This document shows positions 7,928 through 20,246 of a stretch of 64,000 nucleotides of DNA, piece by piece. Made by a program: the position numbers and the translations under genes. Source of the stretch: Tubulanus polymorphus (lineage: Eukaryota > Animalia > Nemertea); the NCBI RefSeq assembly GCF_964204645.1, contig NW_027437431.1, forward strand, positions 124,001-188,000. The letters are read 5' to 3'. How positions within the stretch are numbered: the stretch's first letter is position 1; each line of letters starts with the position of its first letter. The notes under the pieces are model-generated. The model did no database searches and was not told the origin of the DNA. It saw nothing but the letters and a program-made list of their open reading frames with translations.

Positions 7928-9331
7928 ATGGGAACTAAGTCGAGAAACTGGTCGTTCACAACCGACAATCGAGCAGAAGTCTGCCTCGAAAGTCAAATCG
8001 GAACGTCAACAGTAACCGTACACATAGGTCCGCAAGAAGATCCGGACGGTTACGCGCACGGAGTAATAATAACGTTAGCCAAAGGTACGCAACGACCGTT
8101 GAAACAGAGCGAAAACGCGATTAGACAACTGTTACACTCGCTAGGCATTAGATTAGTTAACGACTACATCAAACCGACGGAAAAATTAGGCGCCTACATT
8201 CAATACATGTACAAAGAAGCCGACAAAATACCGGAAGAATTACGAGGTCACTTGGAGGTGAAAAACTCGAAAACGAACGACGACTTTTTCGGCCAAAAGA
8301 TAAACGCGTTATACGCGGAATACCAACAAAGACCGGGACTAGCCGATTGGACGGCGAGAATAGTGAAGGAGTTCGGTTACAACGTACCCGAACTGAAAGT
8401 GAAAAGATCGTTTAAAAATTGGCCGGTAAGGGTAAAAGATATTACGAGAAACGCGGGTGACTTTGCGTTGAAAATGACGGACATAACAGAGCCGAAATTG
8501 ACGCCGGAAATGGGAGTAGAAATTATAACGAAATGCCTGGATAACGTTCAATCGGCGATGTGGGATGGTAAACATATAAATAAACGTGACCTGCTGGTAA
8601 TATTGGTGAACGCGGCGATCGAGGGAGGTACGAGTAAAATCAGAAACGCGCCTCATATAATATTTTACGGAGATGCCGGGTCTGGTAAATCGATGTTGGC
8701 TAAATTATTGTTCCCGGATTCGATTACGAGCCAAATGCCGACGGATTCGGAAGGCGTAGGAGCGTGCGAGATGGGAGGAGGACAACGTATATTCAAAGTC
8801 GACGACGCCAGCGACGCTTTTTGGCACAACTCGGGGTTGTTGTCGATGATACTCGCGATGTACCAGTCCACCTGGGAGGCAAAAGTACATTCTAGTAAAC
8901 AAAGTAACCCGCCGTGTATGACGGTAATTACGACGAATTGTAAGAATCCGTTAGAGAAGTTCGCCTCTACAGTAGCTTTGGAAGCTGTGGAAAGGAGATT
9001 CTTGTCGGTGTATTTCAAAGGTAAAGCAGATTTGGGAAACGTAGTTTACGACATTACGCCGGGCGTATGCGAAGAAATATTAGAAATAATAGTTAACGAA
9101 ATTAGACAAGGTAGATATCTGGACAACCAAGTCCACTTGGACGACTGGGAAACGGATGATGACGTGGTGATACCGTTCGAAAAAGAAAGAAACTTCATCG
9201 AAGCGTACCACGTAGGTCACATGTCGGACGCGATGCATCAGAATATGGAGGAAAGGTTAAAACGTAAACGTAAAGAAGAAGACGATACGAATGAAACTCT
9301 TAAGTTCGCTAAACGCGGGGAAATCCTGTAG
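7928..9331 (+). CDS. rep: Rep, copy 3
   Basis: Identical protein. Confidence 0.9.
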   Translation: MGTKSRNWSFTTDNRAEVCLESQIGTSTVTVHIGPQEDPDGYAHGVIITLAKGTQRPLKQSENAIRQLLHSLGIRLVNDYIKPTEKLGAYIQYMYKEADKIPEELRGHLEVKNSKTNDDFFGQKINALYAEYQQRPGLADWTARIVKEFGYNVPELKVKRSFKNWPVRVKDITRNAGDFALKMTDITEPKLTPEMGVEIITKCLDNVQSAMWDGKHINKRDLLVILVNAAIEGGTSKIRNAPHIIFYGDAGSGKSMLAKLLFPDSITSQMPTDSEGVGACEMGGGQRIFKVDDASDAFWHNSGLLSMILAMYQSTWEAKVHSSKQSNPPCMTVITTNCKNPLEKFASTVALEAVERRFLSVYFKGKADLGNVVYDITPGVCEEILEIIVNEIRQGRYLDNQVHLDDWETDDDVVIPFEKERNFIEAYHVGHMSDAMHQNMEERLKRKRKEEDDTNETLKFAKRGEIL

Positions 9332-10028
9332 TTGGCAATGTAAATAAATCTATAAATAGAATTCTATAAATTTCTCAATTCGTTACTACCAGTGGACCCG
9401 CAGACCCGCGGACCCACTGGCTGTTCGTTTTTCATGGTCTACCCCCCCTTATATATATAATAAGGAAAGAGAAGGAGGGTCCGCGGGTCCGCGGGTCTGC
9501 GGTATTCTCTAAACCGAGAATCGAAAAGTTAATGAAACTAGGTCGGAAAGATAACAAATTATTATTCAATATATCCTAAAGCTTCTACGAGGTTGGTCAC
9601 GCGCTCGCTACGCTCGCCAGCGTGACACAACCTCGTGGACGCTCCAAAGATAATGAGTATGTGCTTGATAATGAGTGAATTAATTGGGAACCCTATAGCG
9701 GGTAAAAGGTAAGAAGTAGAAATTATAGGGTTAGGGGTTATCATTATACTCGGATGCCCACAGCCCGTGGTGGTCTGTGACAGTGGAGGTTAGTTAAAGT
9801 TCGAGGCGTGTGACTAGTCGGGGGGAATAACATAGGCGGCTACGCCGCGATAGTTAGTCGGCAAGGTCGGCTGCGCCTCCGGCGGTACAGATTACATCTG
9901 AGTGTATTAGTCTACCAACGGAAGCCCAAACCCTAAATAATATTAGTCGGAAAAATCTGAGTTAGAGGGTCGCAACCGGTTCAAACAATTTAACATCTCA
10001 TACAGGTGACTCGTACTTTTAGTATCAA

Positions 10029-11111
10029 ATGCCATCGTTGAAACGGAGGCGAAACGGATTTACATTGCCCGGTTTACCACATTGCGGTCCATTCAACGAT
10101 ATATCCAGTTACAAAAGCGAAGGAATAGACGAAGTGTGCCGTATTCACGACAAAGAGTACGGAGAACTGCAAGAGAAATACGGTAAATGGGCTCCGTACT
10201 TCCAGTACAATTCAGCGGATCAGACATTTTTGGACAGTGCTTCGGGTGTGAACGGTGTAGGTGCGAGACTAACGTCGAGTGTATTCAGAGCAAAACGGGC
10301 GTTATTTCCAACAATGGCGGAAGAACCGGCATTAAAAAGATCAAAGAGAACGGCGGAAACGGGGAGCGAAGAAGGGAACGCCCAACAAATGATGACTCAC
10401 ATGACGGAAAAGCCGTCACTACACTATAAGAGCGTGTTAATACATAGAGGTTACCTAACGTTTACGAATTGGGATCCGGACCAGGCGTACGGAGCATTCG
10501 GAAGAAAAGCGAAGATTTACTGTTCGGGAATGAGAACGTTTAACTTCGGATTAAAAGAAAGAGAAGGATGGAGAAGATTTCCAGCCAGCATGGATACCAT
10601 AGGGATGTGGGATCAATTCAAAGTGACTTCGGGTAAAATAACGTTATACCCCATAGCGAGCGAAAGCGCGGTAAGCTCTGATTCGAACGCGTTCCAAGAT
10701 CCGATAGTATGGTTAAAGACGGCAGCCGATTGGGACTTGAAAGTGAAAGACTCGGCCGCCAATACTCACCAGGGATCGCCGTACGCCGATATAAATTTAT
10801 TAACTCAAAAGCAAAGCTACAGGCAATACGAATTAGGTCGGGGATGCGTTAGCATGGGATTACCCATGTCGACCATAAGAACCGAAATACAAGACACGAG
10901 TGACCCGACAGACGTTACCAGATCGGTGAATATCGGGGATAACTCGGCGTGGTTAGACGGAGCGTACCGCGATCATTGGCAATCAGCCGCGCTCATTATG
11001 CAAATGTTAGTGTACAACGATTCGATACACGCGGATTTAAACACGCCCCATACAGAAATTATCGTTCCAGCGGAAGTGGAGTTTACGATGATTCATAGAA
11101 ACAGAGTATAA
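10029..11111 (+). CDS. PLA2-capsid protein, copy 4
   Basis: Identical protein. Confidence 0.88.
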   Translation: MPSLKRRRNGFTLPGLPHCGPFNDISSYKSEGIDEVCRIHDKEYGELQEKYGKWAPYFQYNSADQTFLDSASGVNGVGARLTSSVFRAKRALFPTMAEEPALKRSKRTAETGSEEGNAQQMMTHMTEKPSLHYKSVLIHRGYLTFTNWDPDQAYGAFGRKAKIYCSGMRTFNFGLKEREGWRRFPASMDTIGMWDQFKVTSGKITLYPIASESAVSSDSNAFQDPIVWLKTAADWDLKVKDSAANTHQGSPYADINLLTQKQSYRQYELGRGCVSMGLPMSTIRTEIQDTSDPTDVTRSVNIGDNSAWLDGAYRDHWQSAALIMQMLVYNDSIHADLNTPHTEIIVPAEVEFTMIHRNRV

Positions 11112-11333
11112 TATGATAATAACTTTCCTATTCTTGGCATCCGGTTTCCTACACGAGTACAAGTGGCACGTATATACTAAACGTATCATGAGTAGAACGC
11201 AACGATTCATGAAAATAAGAGACGAAGTGGCGAACGAGTGGGTCATCAAACACGACGTCAACGAAAATCGGGTACTAAGGGAACAACACATTACAGAAGT
11301 AGCGAAAAGGATATTCTACTACCGGGAAAAACA

Positions 11334-12737
11334 ATGGGAACTAAGTCGAGAAACTGGTCGTTCACAACCGACAATCGAGCAGAAGTCTGCCTCGAAAGTC
11401 AAATCGGAACGTCAACAGTAACCGTACACATAGGTCCGCAAGAAGATCCGGACGGTTACGCGCACGGAGTAATAATAACGTTAGCCAAAGGTACGCAACG
11501 ACCGTTGAAACAGAGCGAAAACGCGATTAGACAACTGTTACACTCGCTAGGCATTAGATTAGTTAACGACTACATCAAACCGACGGAAAAATTAGGCGCC
11601 TACATTCAATACATGTACAAAGAAGCCGACAAAATACCGGAAGAATTACGAGGTCACTTGGAGGTGAAAAACTCGAAAACGAACGACGACTTTTTCGGAC
11701 AAAAGATAAACGCGTTATACGCGGAATACCAACAAAGACCGGGACTAGCCGATTGGACGGCGAGAATAGTGAAGGAGTTCGGTTACAACGTACCCGAACT
11801 GAAAGTGAAAAGATCGTTTAAAAATTGGCCGGTAAGGGTAAAAGATATTACGAGAAACGCGGGTGACTTTGCGTTGAAAATGACGGACATAACAGAGCCG
11901 AAATTGACGCCGGAAATGGGAGTAGAAATTATAACGAAATGCCTGGATAACGTTCAATCGGCGATGTGGGATGGTAAACATATAAATAAACGTGACCTGC
12001 TGGTAATATTGGTGAACGCGGCGATCGAGGGAGGTACGAGTAAAATCAGAAACGCGCCTCATATAATATTTTACGGAGATGCCGGGTCTGGTAAATCGAT
12101 GTTGGCTAAATTATTGTTCCCGGATTCGATTACGAGCCAAATGCCGACGGATTCGGAAGGCGTAGGAGCGTGCGAGATGGGAGGAGGACAACGTATATTC
12201 AAAGTCGACGACGCCAGCGACGCTTTTTGGCACAACTCGGGGTTGTTGTCGATGATACTCGCGATGTACCAGTCCACCTGGGAGGCAAAAGTACATTCTA
12301 GTAAACAAAGTAACCCGCCGTGTATGACGGTAATTACGACGAATTGTAAGAATCCGTTAGAGAAGTTCGCCTCTACAGTAGCTTTGGAAGCTGTGGAAAG
12401 GAGATTCTTGTCGGTGTATTTCAAAGGTAAAGCAGATTTGGGAAACGTAGTTTACGACATTACGCCGGGCGTATGCGAAGAAATATTAGAAATAATAGTT
12501 AACGAAATTAGACAAGGTAGATATCTGGACAACCAAGTCCACTTGGACGACTGGGAAACGGATGATGACGTGGTGATACCGTTCGAAAAAGAAAGAAACT
12601 TCATCGAAGCGTACCACGTAGGTCACATGTCGGACGCGATGCATCAGAATATGGAGGAAAGGTTAAAACGTAAACGTAAAGAAGAAGACGATACGAATGA
12701 AACTCTTAAGTTCGCTAAACGCGGGGAAATCCTGTAG
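11334..12737 (+). CDS. rep: Rep, copy 4
   Basis: Identical protein; synonymous C>A at 11699. Confidence 0.9.
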   Translation: MGTKSRNWSFTTDNRAEVCLESQIGTSTVTVHIGPQEDPDGYAHGVIITLAKGTQRPLKQSENAIRQLLHSLGIRLVNDYIKPTEKLGAYIQYMYKEADKIPEELRGHLEVKNSKTNDDFFGQKINALYAEYQQRPGLADWTARIVKEFGYNVPELKVKRSFKNWPVRVKDITRNAGDFALKMTDITEPKLTPEMGVEIITKCLDNVQSAMWDGKHINKRDLLVILVNAAIEGGTSKIRNAPHIIFYGDAGSGKSMLAKLLFPDSITSQMPTDSEGVGACEMGGGQRIFKVDDASDAFWHNSGLLSMILAMYQSTWEAKVHSSKQSNPPCMTVITTNCKNPLEKFASTVALEAVERRFLSVYFKGKADLGNVVYDITPGVCEEILEIIVNEIRQGRYLDNQVHLDDWETDDDVVIPFEKERNFIEAYHVGHMSDAMHQNMEERLKRKRKEEDDTNETLKFAKRGEIL

Positions 12738-13434
12738 TTGGCAATGTAAATAAATCTATAAATAGAATTCTATAAATTTCTCAATTCGTTACTACCAGTG
12801 GACCCGCAGACCCGCGGACCCACTGGCTGTTCGTTTTTCATGGTCTACCCCCCCTTATATATATAATAAGGAAAGAGAAGGAGGGTCCGCGGGTCCGCGG
12901 GTCTGCGGTATTCTCTAAACCGAGAATCGAAAAGTTAATGAAACTAGGTCGGAAAGATAACAAATTATTATTCAATATATCCTAAAGCTTCTACGAGGTT
13001 GGTCACGCGCTCGCTACGCTCGCCAGCGTGACACAACCTCGTGGACGCTCCAAAGATAATGAGTATGTGCTTGATAATGAGTGAATTAATTGGGAACCCT
13101 ATAGCGGGTAAAAGGTAAGAAGTAGAAATTATAGGGTTAGGGGTTATCATTATACTCGGATGCCCACAGCCCGTGGTGGTCTGTGACAGTGGAGGTTAGT
13201 TAAAGTTCGAGGCGTGTGACTAGTCGGGGGGAATAACATAGGCGGCTACGCCGCGATAGTTAGTCGGCAAGGTCGGCTGCGCCTCCGGCGGTACAGATTA
13301 CATCTGAGTGTATTAGTCTACCAACGGAAGCCCAAACCCTAAATAATATTAGTCGGAAAAATCTGAGTTAGAGGGTCGCAACCGGTTCAAACAATTTAAC
13401 ATCTCATACAGGTGACTCGTACTTTTAGTATCAA

Positions 13435-14517
13435 ATGCCATCGTTGAAACGGAGGCGAAACGGATTTACATTGCCCGGTTTACCACATTGCGGTCCATTC
13501 AACGATATATCCAGTTACAAAAGCGAAGGAATAGACGAAGTGTGCCGTATTCACGACAAAGAGTACGGAGAACTGCAAGAGAAATACGGTAAATGGGCTC
13601 CGTACTTCCAGTACAATTCAGCGGATCAGACATTTTTGGACAGTGCTTCGGGTGTGAACGGTGTAGGTGCGAGACTAACGTCGAGTGTATTCAGAGCAAA
13701 ACGGGCGTTATTTCCAACAATGGCGGAAGAACCGGCATTAAAAAGATCAAAGAGAACGGCGGAAACGGGGAGCGAAGAAGGGAACGCCCAACAAATGATG
13801 ACTCACATGACGGAAAAGCCGTCACTACACTATAAGAGCGTGTTAATACATAGAGGTTACCTAACGTTTACGAATTGGGATCCGGACCAGGCGTACGGAG
13901 CATTCGGAAGAAAAGCGAAGATTTACTGTTCGGGAATGAGAACGTTTAACTTCGGATTAAAAGAAAGAGAAGGATGGAGAAGATTTCCAGCCAGCATGGA
14001 TACCATAGGGATGTGGGATCAATTCAAAGTGACTTCGGGTAAAATAACGTTATACCCCATAGCGAGCGAAAGCGCGGTAAGCTCTGATTCGAACGCGTTC
14101 CAAGATCCGATAGTATGGTTAAAGACGGCAGCCGATTGGGACTTGAAAGTGAAAGACTCGGCCGCCAATACTCACCAGGGATCGCCGTACGCCGATATAA
14201 ATTTATTAACTCAAAAGCAAAGCTACAGGCAATACGAATTAGGTCGGGGATGCGTTAGCATGGGATTACCCATGTCGACCATAAGAACCGAAATACAAGA
14301 CACGAGTGACCCGACAGACGTTACCAGATCGGTGAATATCGGGGATAACTCGGCGTGGTTAGACGGAGCGTACCGCGATCATTGGCAATCAGCCGCGCTC
14401 ATTATGCAAATGTTAGTGTACAACGATTCGATACACGCGGATTTAAACACGCCCCATACAGAAATTATCGTTCCAGCGGAAGTGGAGTTTACGATGATTC
14501 ATAGAAACAGAGTATAA
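13435..14517 (+). CDS. PLA2-capsid protein, copy 5
   Basis: Identical protein. Confidence 0.88.
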   Translation: MPSLKRRRNGFTLPGLPHCGPFNDISSYKSEGIDEVCRIHDKEYGELQEKYGKWAPYFQYNSADQTFLDSASGVNGVGARLTSSVFRAKRALFPTMAEEPALKRSKRTAETGSEEGNAQQMMTHMTEKPSLHYKSVLIHRGYLTFTNWDPDQAYGAFGRKAKIYCSGMRTFNFGLKEREGWRRFPASMDTIGMWDQFKVTSGKITLYPIASESAVSSDSNAFQDPIVWLKTAADWDLKVKDSAANTHQGSPYADINLLTQKQSYRQYELGRGCVSMGLPMSTIRTEIQDTSDPTDVTRSVNIGDNSAWLDGAYRDHWQSAALIMQMLVYNDSIHADLNTPHTEIIVPAEVEFTMIHRNRV

Positions 14518-14739
14518 TATGATAATAACTTTCCTATTCTTGGCATCCGGTTTCCTACACGAGTACAAGTGGCACGTATATACTAAACGTATCATGAGTA
14601 GAACGCAACGATTCATGAAAATAAGAGACGAAGTGGCGAACGAGTGGGTCATCAAACACGACGTCAACGAAAATCGGGTACTAAGGGAACAACACATTAC
14701 AGAAGTAGCGAAAAGGATATTCTACTACCGGGAAAAACA

Positions 14740-16143
14740 ATGGGAACTAAGTCGAGAAACTGGTCGTTCACAACCGACAATCGAGCAGAAGTCTGCCTCG
14801 AAAGTCAAATCGGAACGTCAACAGTAACCGTACACATAGGTCCGCAAGAAGATCCGGACGGTTACGCGCACGGAGTAATAATAACGTTAGCCAAAGGTAC
14901 GCAACGACCGTTGAAACAGAGCGAAAACGCGATTAGACAACTGTTACACTCGCTAGGCATTAGATTAGTTAACGACTACATCAAACCGACGGAAAAATTA
15001 GGCGCCTACATTCAATACATGTACAAAGAAGCCGACAAAATACCGGAAGAATTACGAGGTCACTTGGAGGTGAAAAACTCGAAAACGAACGACGACTTTT
15101 TCGGCCAAAAGATAAACGCGTTATACGCGGAATACCAACAAAGACCGGGACTAGCCGATTGGACGGCGAGAATAGTGAAGGAGTTCGGTTACAACGTACC
15201 CGAACTGAAAGTGAAAAGATCGTTTAAAAATTGGCCGGTAAGGGTAAAAGATATTACGAGAAACGCGGGTGACTTTGCGTTGAAAATGACGGACATAACA
15301 GAGCCGAAATTGACGCCGGAAATGGGAGTAGAAATTATAACGAAATGCCTGGATAACGTTCAATCGGCGATGTGGGATGGTAAACATATAAATAAACGTG
15401 ACCTGCTGGTAATATTGGTGAACGCGGCGATCGAGGGAGGTACGAGTAAAATCAGAAACGCGCCTCATATAATATTTTACGGAGATGCCGGGTCTGGTAA
15501 ATCGATGTTGGCTAAATTATTGTTCCCGGATTCGATTACGAGCCAAATGCCGACGGATTCGGAAGGCGTAGGAGCGTGCGAGATGGGAGGAGGACAACGT
15601 ATATTCAAAGTCGACGACGCCAGCGACGCTTTTTGGCACAACTCGGGGTTGTTGTCGATGATACTCGCGATGTACCAGTCCACCTGGGAGGCAAAAGTAC
15701 ATTCTAGTAAACAAAGTAACCCGCCGTGTATGACGGTAATTACGACGAATTGTAAGAATCCGTTAGAGAAGTTCGCCTCTACAGTAGCTTTGGAAGCTGT
15801 GGAAAGGAGATTCTTGTCGGTGTATTTCAAAGGTAAAGCAGATTTGGGAAACGTAGTTTACGACATTACGCCGGGCGTATGCGAAGAAATATTAGAAATA
15901 ATAGTTAACGAAATTAGACAAGGTAGATATCTGGACAACCAAGTCCACTTGGACGACTGGGAAACGGATGATGACGTGGTGATACCGTTCGAAAAAGAAA
16001 GAAACTTCATCGAAGCGTACCACGTAGGTCACATGTCGGACGCGATGCATCAGAATATGGAGGAAAGGTTAAAACGTAAACGTAAAGAAGAAGACGATAC
16101 GAATGAAACTCTTAAGTTCGCTAAACGCGGGGAAATCCTGTAG
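14740..16143 (+). CDS. rep: Rep, copy 5
   Basis: Identical protein. Confidence 0.9.
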   Translation: MGTKSRNWSFTTDNRAEVCLESQIGTSTVTVHIGPQEDPDGYAHGVIITLAKGTQRPLKQSENAIRQLLHSLGIRLVNDYIKPTEKLGAYIQYMYKEADKIPEELRGHLEVKNSKTNDDFFGQKINALYAEYQQRPGLADWTARIVKEFGYNVPELKVKRSFKNWPVRVKDITRNAGDFALKMTDITEPKLTPEMGVEIITKCLDNVQSAMWDGKHINKRDLLVILVNAAIEGGTSKIRNAPHIIFYGDAGSGKSMLAKLLFPDSITSQMPTDSEGVGACEMGGGQRIFKVDDASDAFWHNSGLLSMILAMYQSTWEAKVHSSKQSNPPCMTVITTNCKNPLEKFASTVALEAVERRFLSVYFKGKADLGNVVYDITPGVCEEILEIIVNEIRQGRYLDNQVHLDDWETDDDVVIPFEKERNFIEAYHVGHMSDAMHQNMEERLKRKRKEEDDTNETLKFAKRGEIL

Positions 16144-16840
16144 TTGGCAATGTAAATAAATCTATAAATAGAATTCTATAAATTTCTCAATTCGTTACTA
16201 CCAGTGGACCCGCAGACCCGCGGACCCACTGGCTGTTCGTTTTTCATGGTCTACCCCCCCTTATATATATAATAAGGAAAGAGAAGGAGGGTCCGCGGGT
16301 CCGCGGGTCTGCGGTATTCTCTAAACCGAGAATCGAAAAGTTAATGAAACTAGGTCGGAAAGATAACAAATTATTATTCAATATATCCTAAAGCTTCTAC
16401 GAGGTTGGTCACGCGCTCGCTACGCTCGCCAGCGTGACACAACCTCGTGGACGCTCCAAAGATAATGAGTATGTGCTTGATAATGAGTGAATTAATTGGG
16501 AACCCTATAGCGGGTAAAAGGTAAGAAGTAGAAATTATAGGGTTAGGGGTTATCATTATACTCGGATGCCCACAGCCCGTGGTGGTCTGTGACAGTGGAG
16601 GTTAGTTAAAGTTCGAGGCGTGTGACTAGTCGGGGGGAATAACATAGGCGGCTACGCCGCGATAGTTAGTCGGCAAGGTCGGCTGCGCCTCCGGCGGTAC
16701 AGATTACATCTGAGTGTATTAGTCTACCAACGGAAGCCCAAACCCTAAATAATATTAGTCGGAAAAATCTGAGTTAGAGGGTCGCAACCGGTTCAAACAA
16801 TTTAACATCTCATACAGGTGACTCGTACTTTTAGTATCAA

Positions 16841-17923
16841 ATGCCATCGTTGAAACGGAGGCGAAACGGATTTACATTGCCCGGTTTACCACATTGCGGT
16901 CCATTCAACGATATATCCAGTTACAAAAGCGAAGGAATAGACGAAGTGTGCCGTATTCACGACAAAGAGTACGGAGAACTGCAAGAGAAATACGGTAAAT
17001 GGGCTCCGTACTTCCAGTACAATTCAGCGGATCAGACATTTTTGGACAGTGCTTCGGGTGTGAACGGTGTAGGTGCGAGACTAACGTCGAGTGTATTCAG
17101 AGCAAAACGGGCGTTATTTCCAACAATGGCGGAAGAACCGGCATTAAAAAGATCAAAGAGAACGGCGGAAACGGGGAGCGAAGAAGGGAACGCCCAACAA
17201 ATGATGACTCACATGACGGAAAAGCCGTCACTACACTATAAGAGCGTGTTAATACATAGAGGTTACCTAACGTTTACGAATTGGGATCCGGACCAGGCGT
17301 ACGGAGCATTCGGAAGAAAAGCGAAGATTTACTGTTCGGGAATGAGAACGTTTAACTTCGGATTAAAAGAAAGAGAAGGATGGAGAAGATTTCCAGCCAG
17401 CATGGATACCATAGGGATGTGGGATCAATTCAAAGTGACTTCGGGTAAAATAACGTTATACCCCATAGCGAGCGAAAGCGCGGTAAGCTCTGATTCGAAC
17501 GCGTTCCAAGATCCGATAGTATGGTTAAAGACGGCAGCCGATTGGGACTTGAAAGTGAAAGACTCGGCCGCCAATACTCACCAGGGATCGCCGTACGCCG
17601 ATATAAATTTATTAACTCAAAAGCAAAGCTACAGGCAATACGAATTAGGTCGGGGATGCGTTAGCATGGGATTACCCATGTCGACCATAAGAACCGAAAT
17701 ACAAGACACGAGTGACCCGACAGACGTTACCAGATCGGTGAATATCGGGGATAACTCGGCGTGGTTAGACGGAGCGTACCGCGATCATTGGCAATCAGCC
17801 GCGCTCATTATGCAAATGTTAGTGTACAACGATTCGATACACGCGGATTTAAACACGCCCCATACAGAAATTATCGTTCCAGCGGAAGTGGAGTTTACGA
17901 TGATTCATAGAAACAGAGTATAA
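16841..17923 (+). CDS. PLA2-capsid protein, copy 6
   Basis: Identical protein. Confidence 0.88.
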   Translation: MPSLKRRRNGFTLPGLPHCGPFNDISSYKSEGIDEVCRIHDKEYGELQEKYGKWAPYFQYNSADQTFLDSASGVNGVGARLTSSVFRAKRALFPTMAEEPALKRSKRTAETGSEEGNAQQMMTHMTEKPSLHYKSVLIHRGYLTFTNWDPDQAYGAFGRKAKIYCSGMRTFNFGLKEREGWRRFPASMDTIGMWDQFKVTSGKITLYPIASESAVSSDSNAFQDPIVWLKTAADWDLKVKDSAANTHQGSPYADINLLTQKQSYRQYELGRGCVSMGLPMSTIRTEIQDTSDPTDVTRSVNIGDNSAWLDGAYRDHWQSAALIMQMLVYNDSIHADLNTPHTEIIVPAEVEFTMIHRNRV

Positions 17924-18145
17924 TATGATAATAACTTTCCTATTCTTGGCATCCGGTTTCCTACACGAGTACAAGTGGCACGTATATACTAAACGTATCA
18001 TGAGTAGAACGCAACGATTCATGAAAATAAGAGACGAAGTGGCGAACGAGTGGGTCATCAAACACGACGTCAACGAAAATCGGGTACTAAGGGAACAACA
18101 CATTACAGAAGTAGCGAAAAGGATATTCTACTACCGGGAAAAACA

Positions 18146-19549
18146 ATGGGAACTAAGTCGAGAAACTGGTCGTTCACAACCGACAATCGAGCAGAAGTCT
18201 GCCTCGAAAGTCAAATCGGAACGTCAACAGTAACCGTACACATAGGTCCGCAAGAAGATCCGGACGGTTACGCGCACGGAGTAATAATAACGTTAGCCAA
18301 AGGTACGCAACGACCGTTGAAACAGAGCGAAAACGCGATTAGACAACTGTTACACTCGCTAGGCATTAGATTAGTTAACGACTACATCAAACCGACGGAA
18401 AAATTAGGCGCCTACATTCAATACATGTACAAAGAAGCCGACAAAATACCGGAAGAATTACGAGGTCACTTGGAGGTGAAAAACTCGAAAACGAACGACG
18501 ACTTTTTCGGCCAAAAGATAAACGCGTTATACGCGGAATACCAACAAAGACCGGGACTAGCCGATTGGACGGCGAGAATAGTGAAGGAGTTCGGTTACAA
18601 CGTACCCGAACTGAAAGTGAAAAGATCGTTTAAAAATTGGCCGGTAAGGGTAAAAGATATTACGAGAAACGCGGGTGACTTTGCGTTGAAAATGACGGAC
18701 ATAACAGAGCCGAAATTGACGCCGGAAATGGGAGTAGAAATTATAACGAAATGCCTGGATAACGTTCAATCGGCGATGTGGGATGGTAAACATATAAATA
18801 AACGTGACCTGCTGGTAATATTGGTGAACGCGGCGATCGAGGGAGGTACGAGTAAAATCAGAAACGCGCCTCATATAATATTTTACGGAGATGCCGGGTC
18901 TGGTAAATCGATGTTGGCTAAATTATTGTTCCCGGATTCGATTACGAGCCAAATGCCGACGGATTCGGAAGGCGTAGGAGCGTGCGAGATGGGAGGAGGA
19001 CAACGTATATTCAAAGTCGACGACGCCAGCGACGCTTTTTGGCACAACTCGGGGTTGTTGTCGATGATACTCGCGATGTACCAGTCCACCTGGGAGGCAA
19101 AAGTACATTCTAGTAAACAAAGTAACCCGCCGTGTATGACGGTAATTACGACGAATTGTAAGAATCCGTTAGAGAAGTTCGCCTCTACAGTAGCTTTGGA
19201 AGCTGTGGAAAGGAGATTCTTGTCGGTGTATTTCAAAGGTAAAGCAGATTTGGGAAACGTAGTTTACGACATTACGCCGGGCGTATGCGAAGAAATATTA
19301 GAAATAATAGTTAACGAAATTAGACAAGGTAGATATCTGGACAACCAAGTCCACTTGGACGACTGGGAAACGGATGATGACGTGGTGATACCGTTCGAAA
19401 AAGAAAGAAACTTCATCGAAGCGTACCACGTAGGTCACATGTCGGACGCGATGCATCAGAATATGGAGGAAAGGTTAAAACGTAAACGTAAAGAAGAAGA
19501 CGATACGAATGAAACTCTTAAGTTCGCTAAACGCGGGGAAATCCTGTAG
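18146..19549 (+). CDS. rep: Rep, copy 6
   Basis: Identical protein. Confidence 0.9.
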   Translation: MGTKSRNWSFTTDNRAEVCLESQIGTSTVTVHIGPQEDPDGYAHGVIITLAKGTQRPLKQSENAIRQLLHSLGIRLVNDYIKPTEKLGAYIQYMYKEADKIPEELRGHLEVKNSKTNDDFFGQKINALYAEYQQRPGLADWTARIVKEFGYNVPELKVKRSFKNWPVRVKDITRNAGDFALKMTDITEPKLTPEMGVEIITKCLDNVQSAMWDGKHINKRDLLVILVNAAIEGGTSKIRNAPHIIFYGDAGSGKSMLAKLLFPDSITSQMPTDSEGVGACEMGGGQRIFKVDDASDAFWHNSGLLSMILAMYQSTWEAKVHSSKQSNPPCMTVITTNCKNPLEKFASTVALEAVERRFLSVYFKGKADLGNVVYDITPGVCEEILEIIVNEIRQGRYLDNQVHLDDWETDDDVVIPFEKERNFIEAYHVGHMSDAMHQNMEERLKRKRKEEDDTNETLKFAKRGEIL

Positions 19550-20246
19550 TTGGCAATGTAAATAAATCTATAAATAGAATTCTATAAATTTCTCAATTCG
19601 TTACTACCAGTGGACCCGCAGACCCGCGGACCCACTGGCTGTTCGTTTTTCATGGTCTACCCCCCCTTATATATATAATAAGGAAAGAGAAGGAGGGTCC
19701 GCGGGTCCGCGGGTCTGCGGTATTCTCTAAACCGAGAATCGAAAAGTTAATGAAACTAGGTCGGAAAGATAACAAATTATTATTCAATATATCCTAAAGC
19801 TTCTACGAGGTTGGTCACGCGCTCGCTACGCTCGCCAGCGTGACACAACCTCGTGGACGCTCCAAAGATAATGAGTATGTGCTTGATAATGAGTGAATTA
19901 ATTGGGAACCCTATAGCGGGTAAAAGGTAAGAAGTAGAAATTATAGGGTTAGGGGTTATCATTATACTCGGATGCCCACAGCCCGTGGTGGTCTGTGACA
20001 GTGGAGGTTAGTTAAAGTTCGAGGCGTGTGACTAGTCGGGGGGAATAACATAGGCGGCTACGCCGCGATAGTTAGTCGGCAAGGTCGGCTGCGCCTCCGG
20101 CGGTACAGATTACATCTGAGTGTATTAGTCTACCAACGGAAGCCCAAACCCTAAATAATATTAGTCGGAAAAATCTGAGTTAGAGGGTCGCAACCGGTTC
20201 AAACAATTTAACATCTCATACAGGTGACTCGTACTTTTAGTATCAA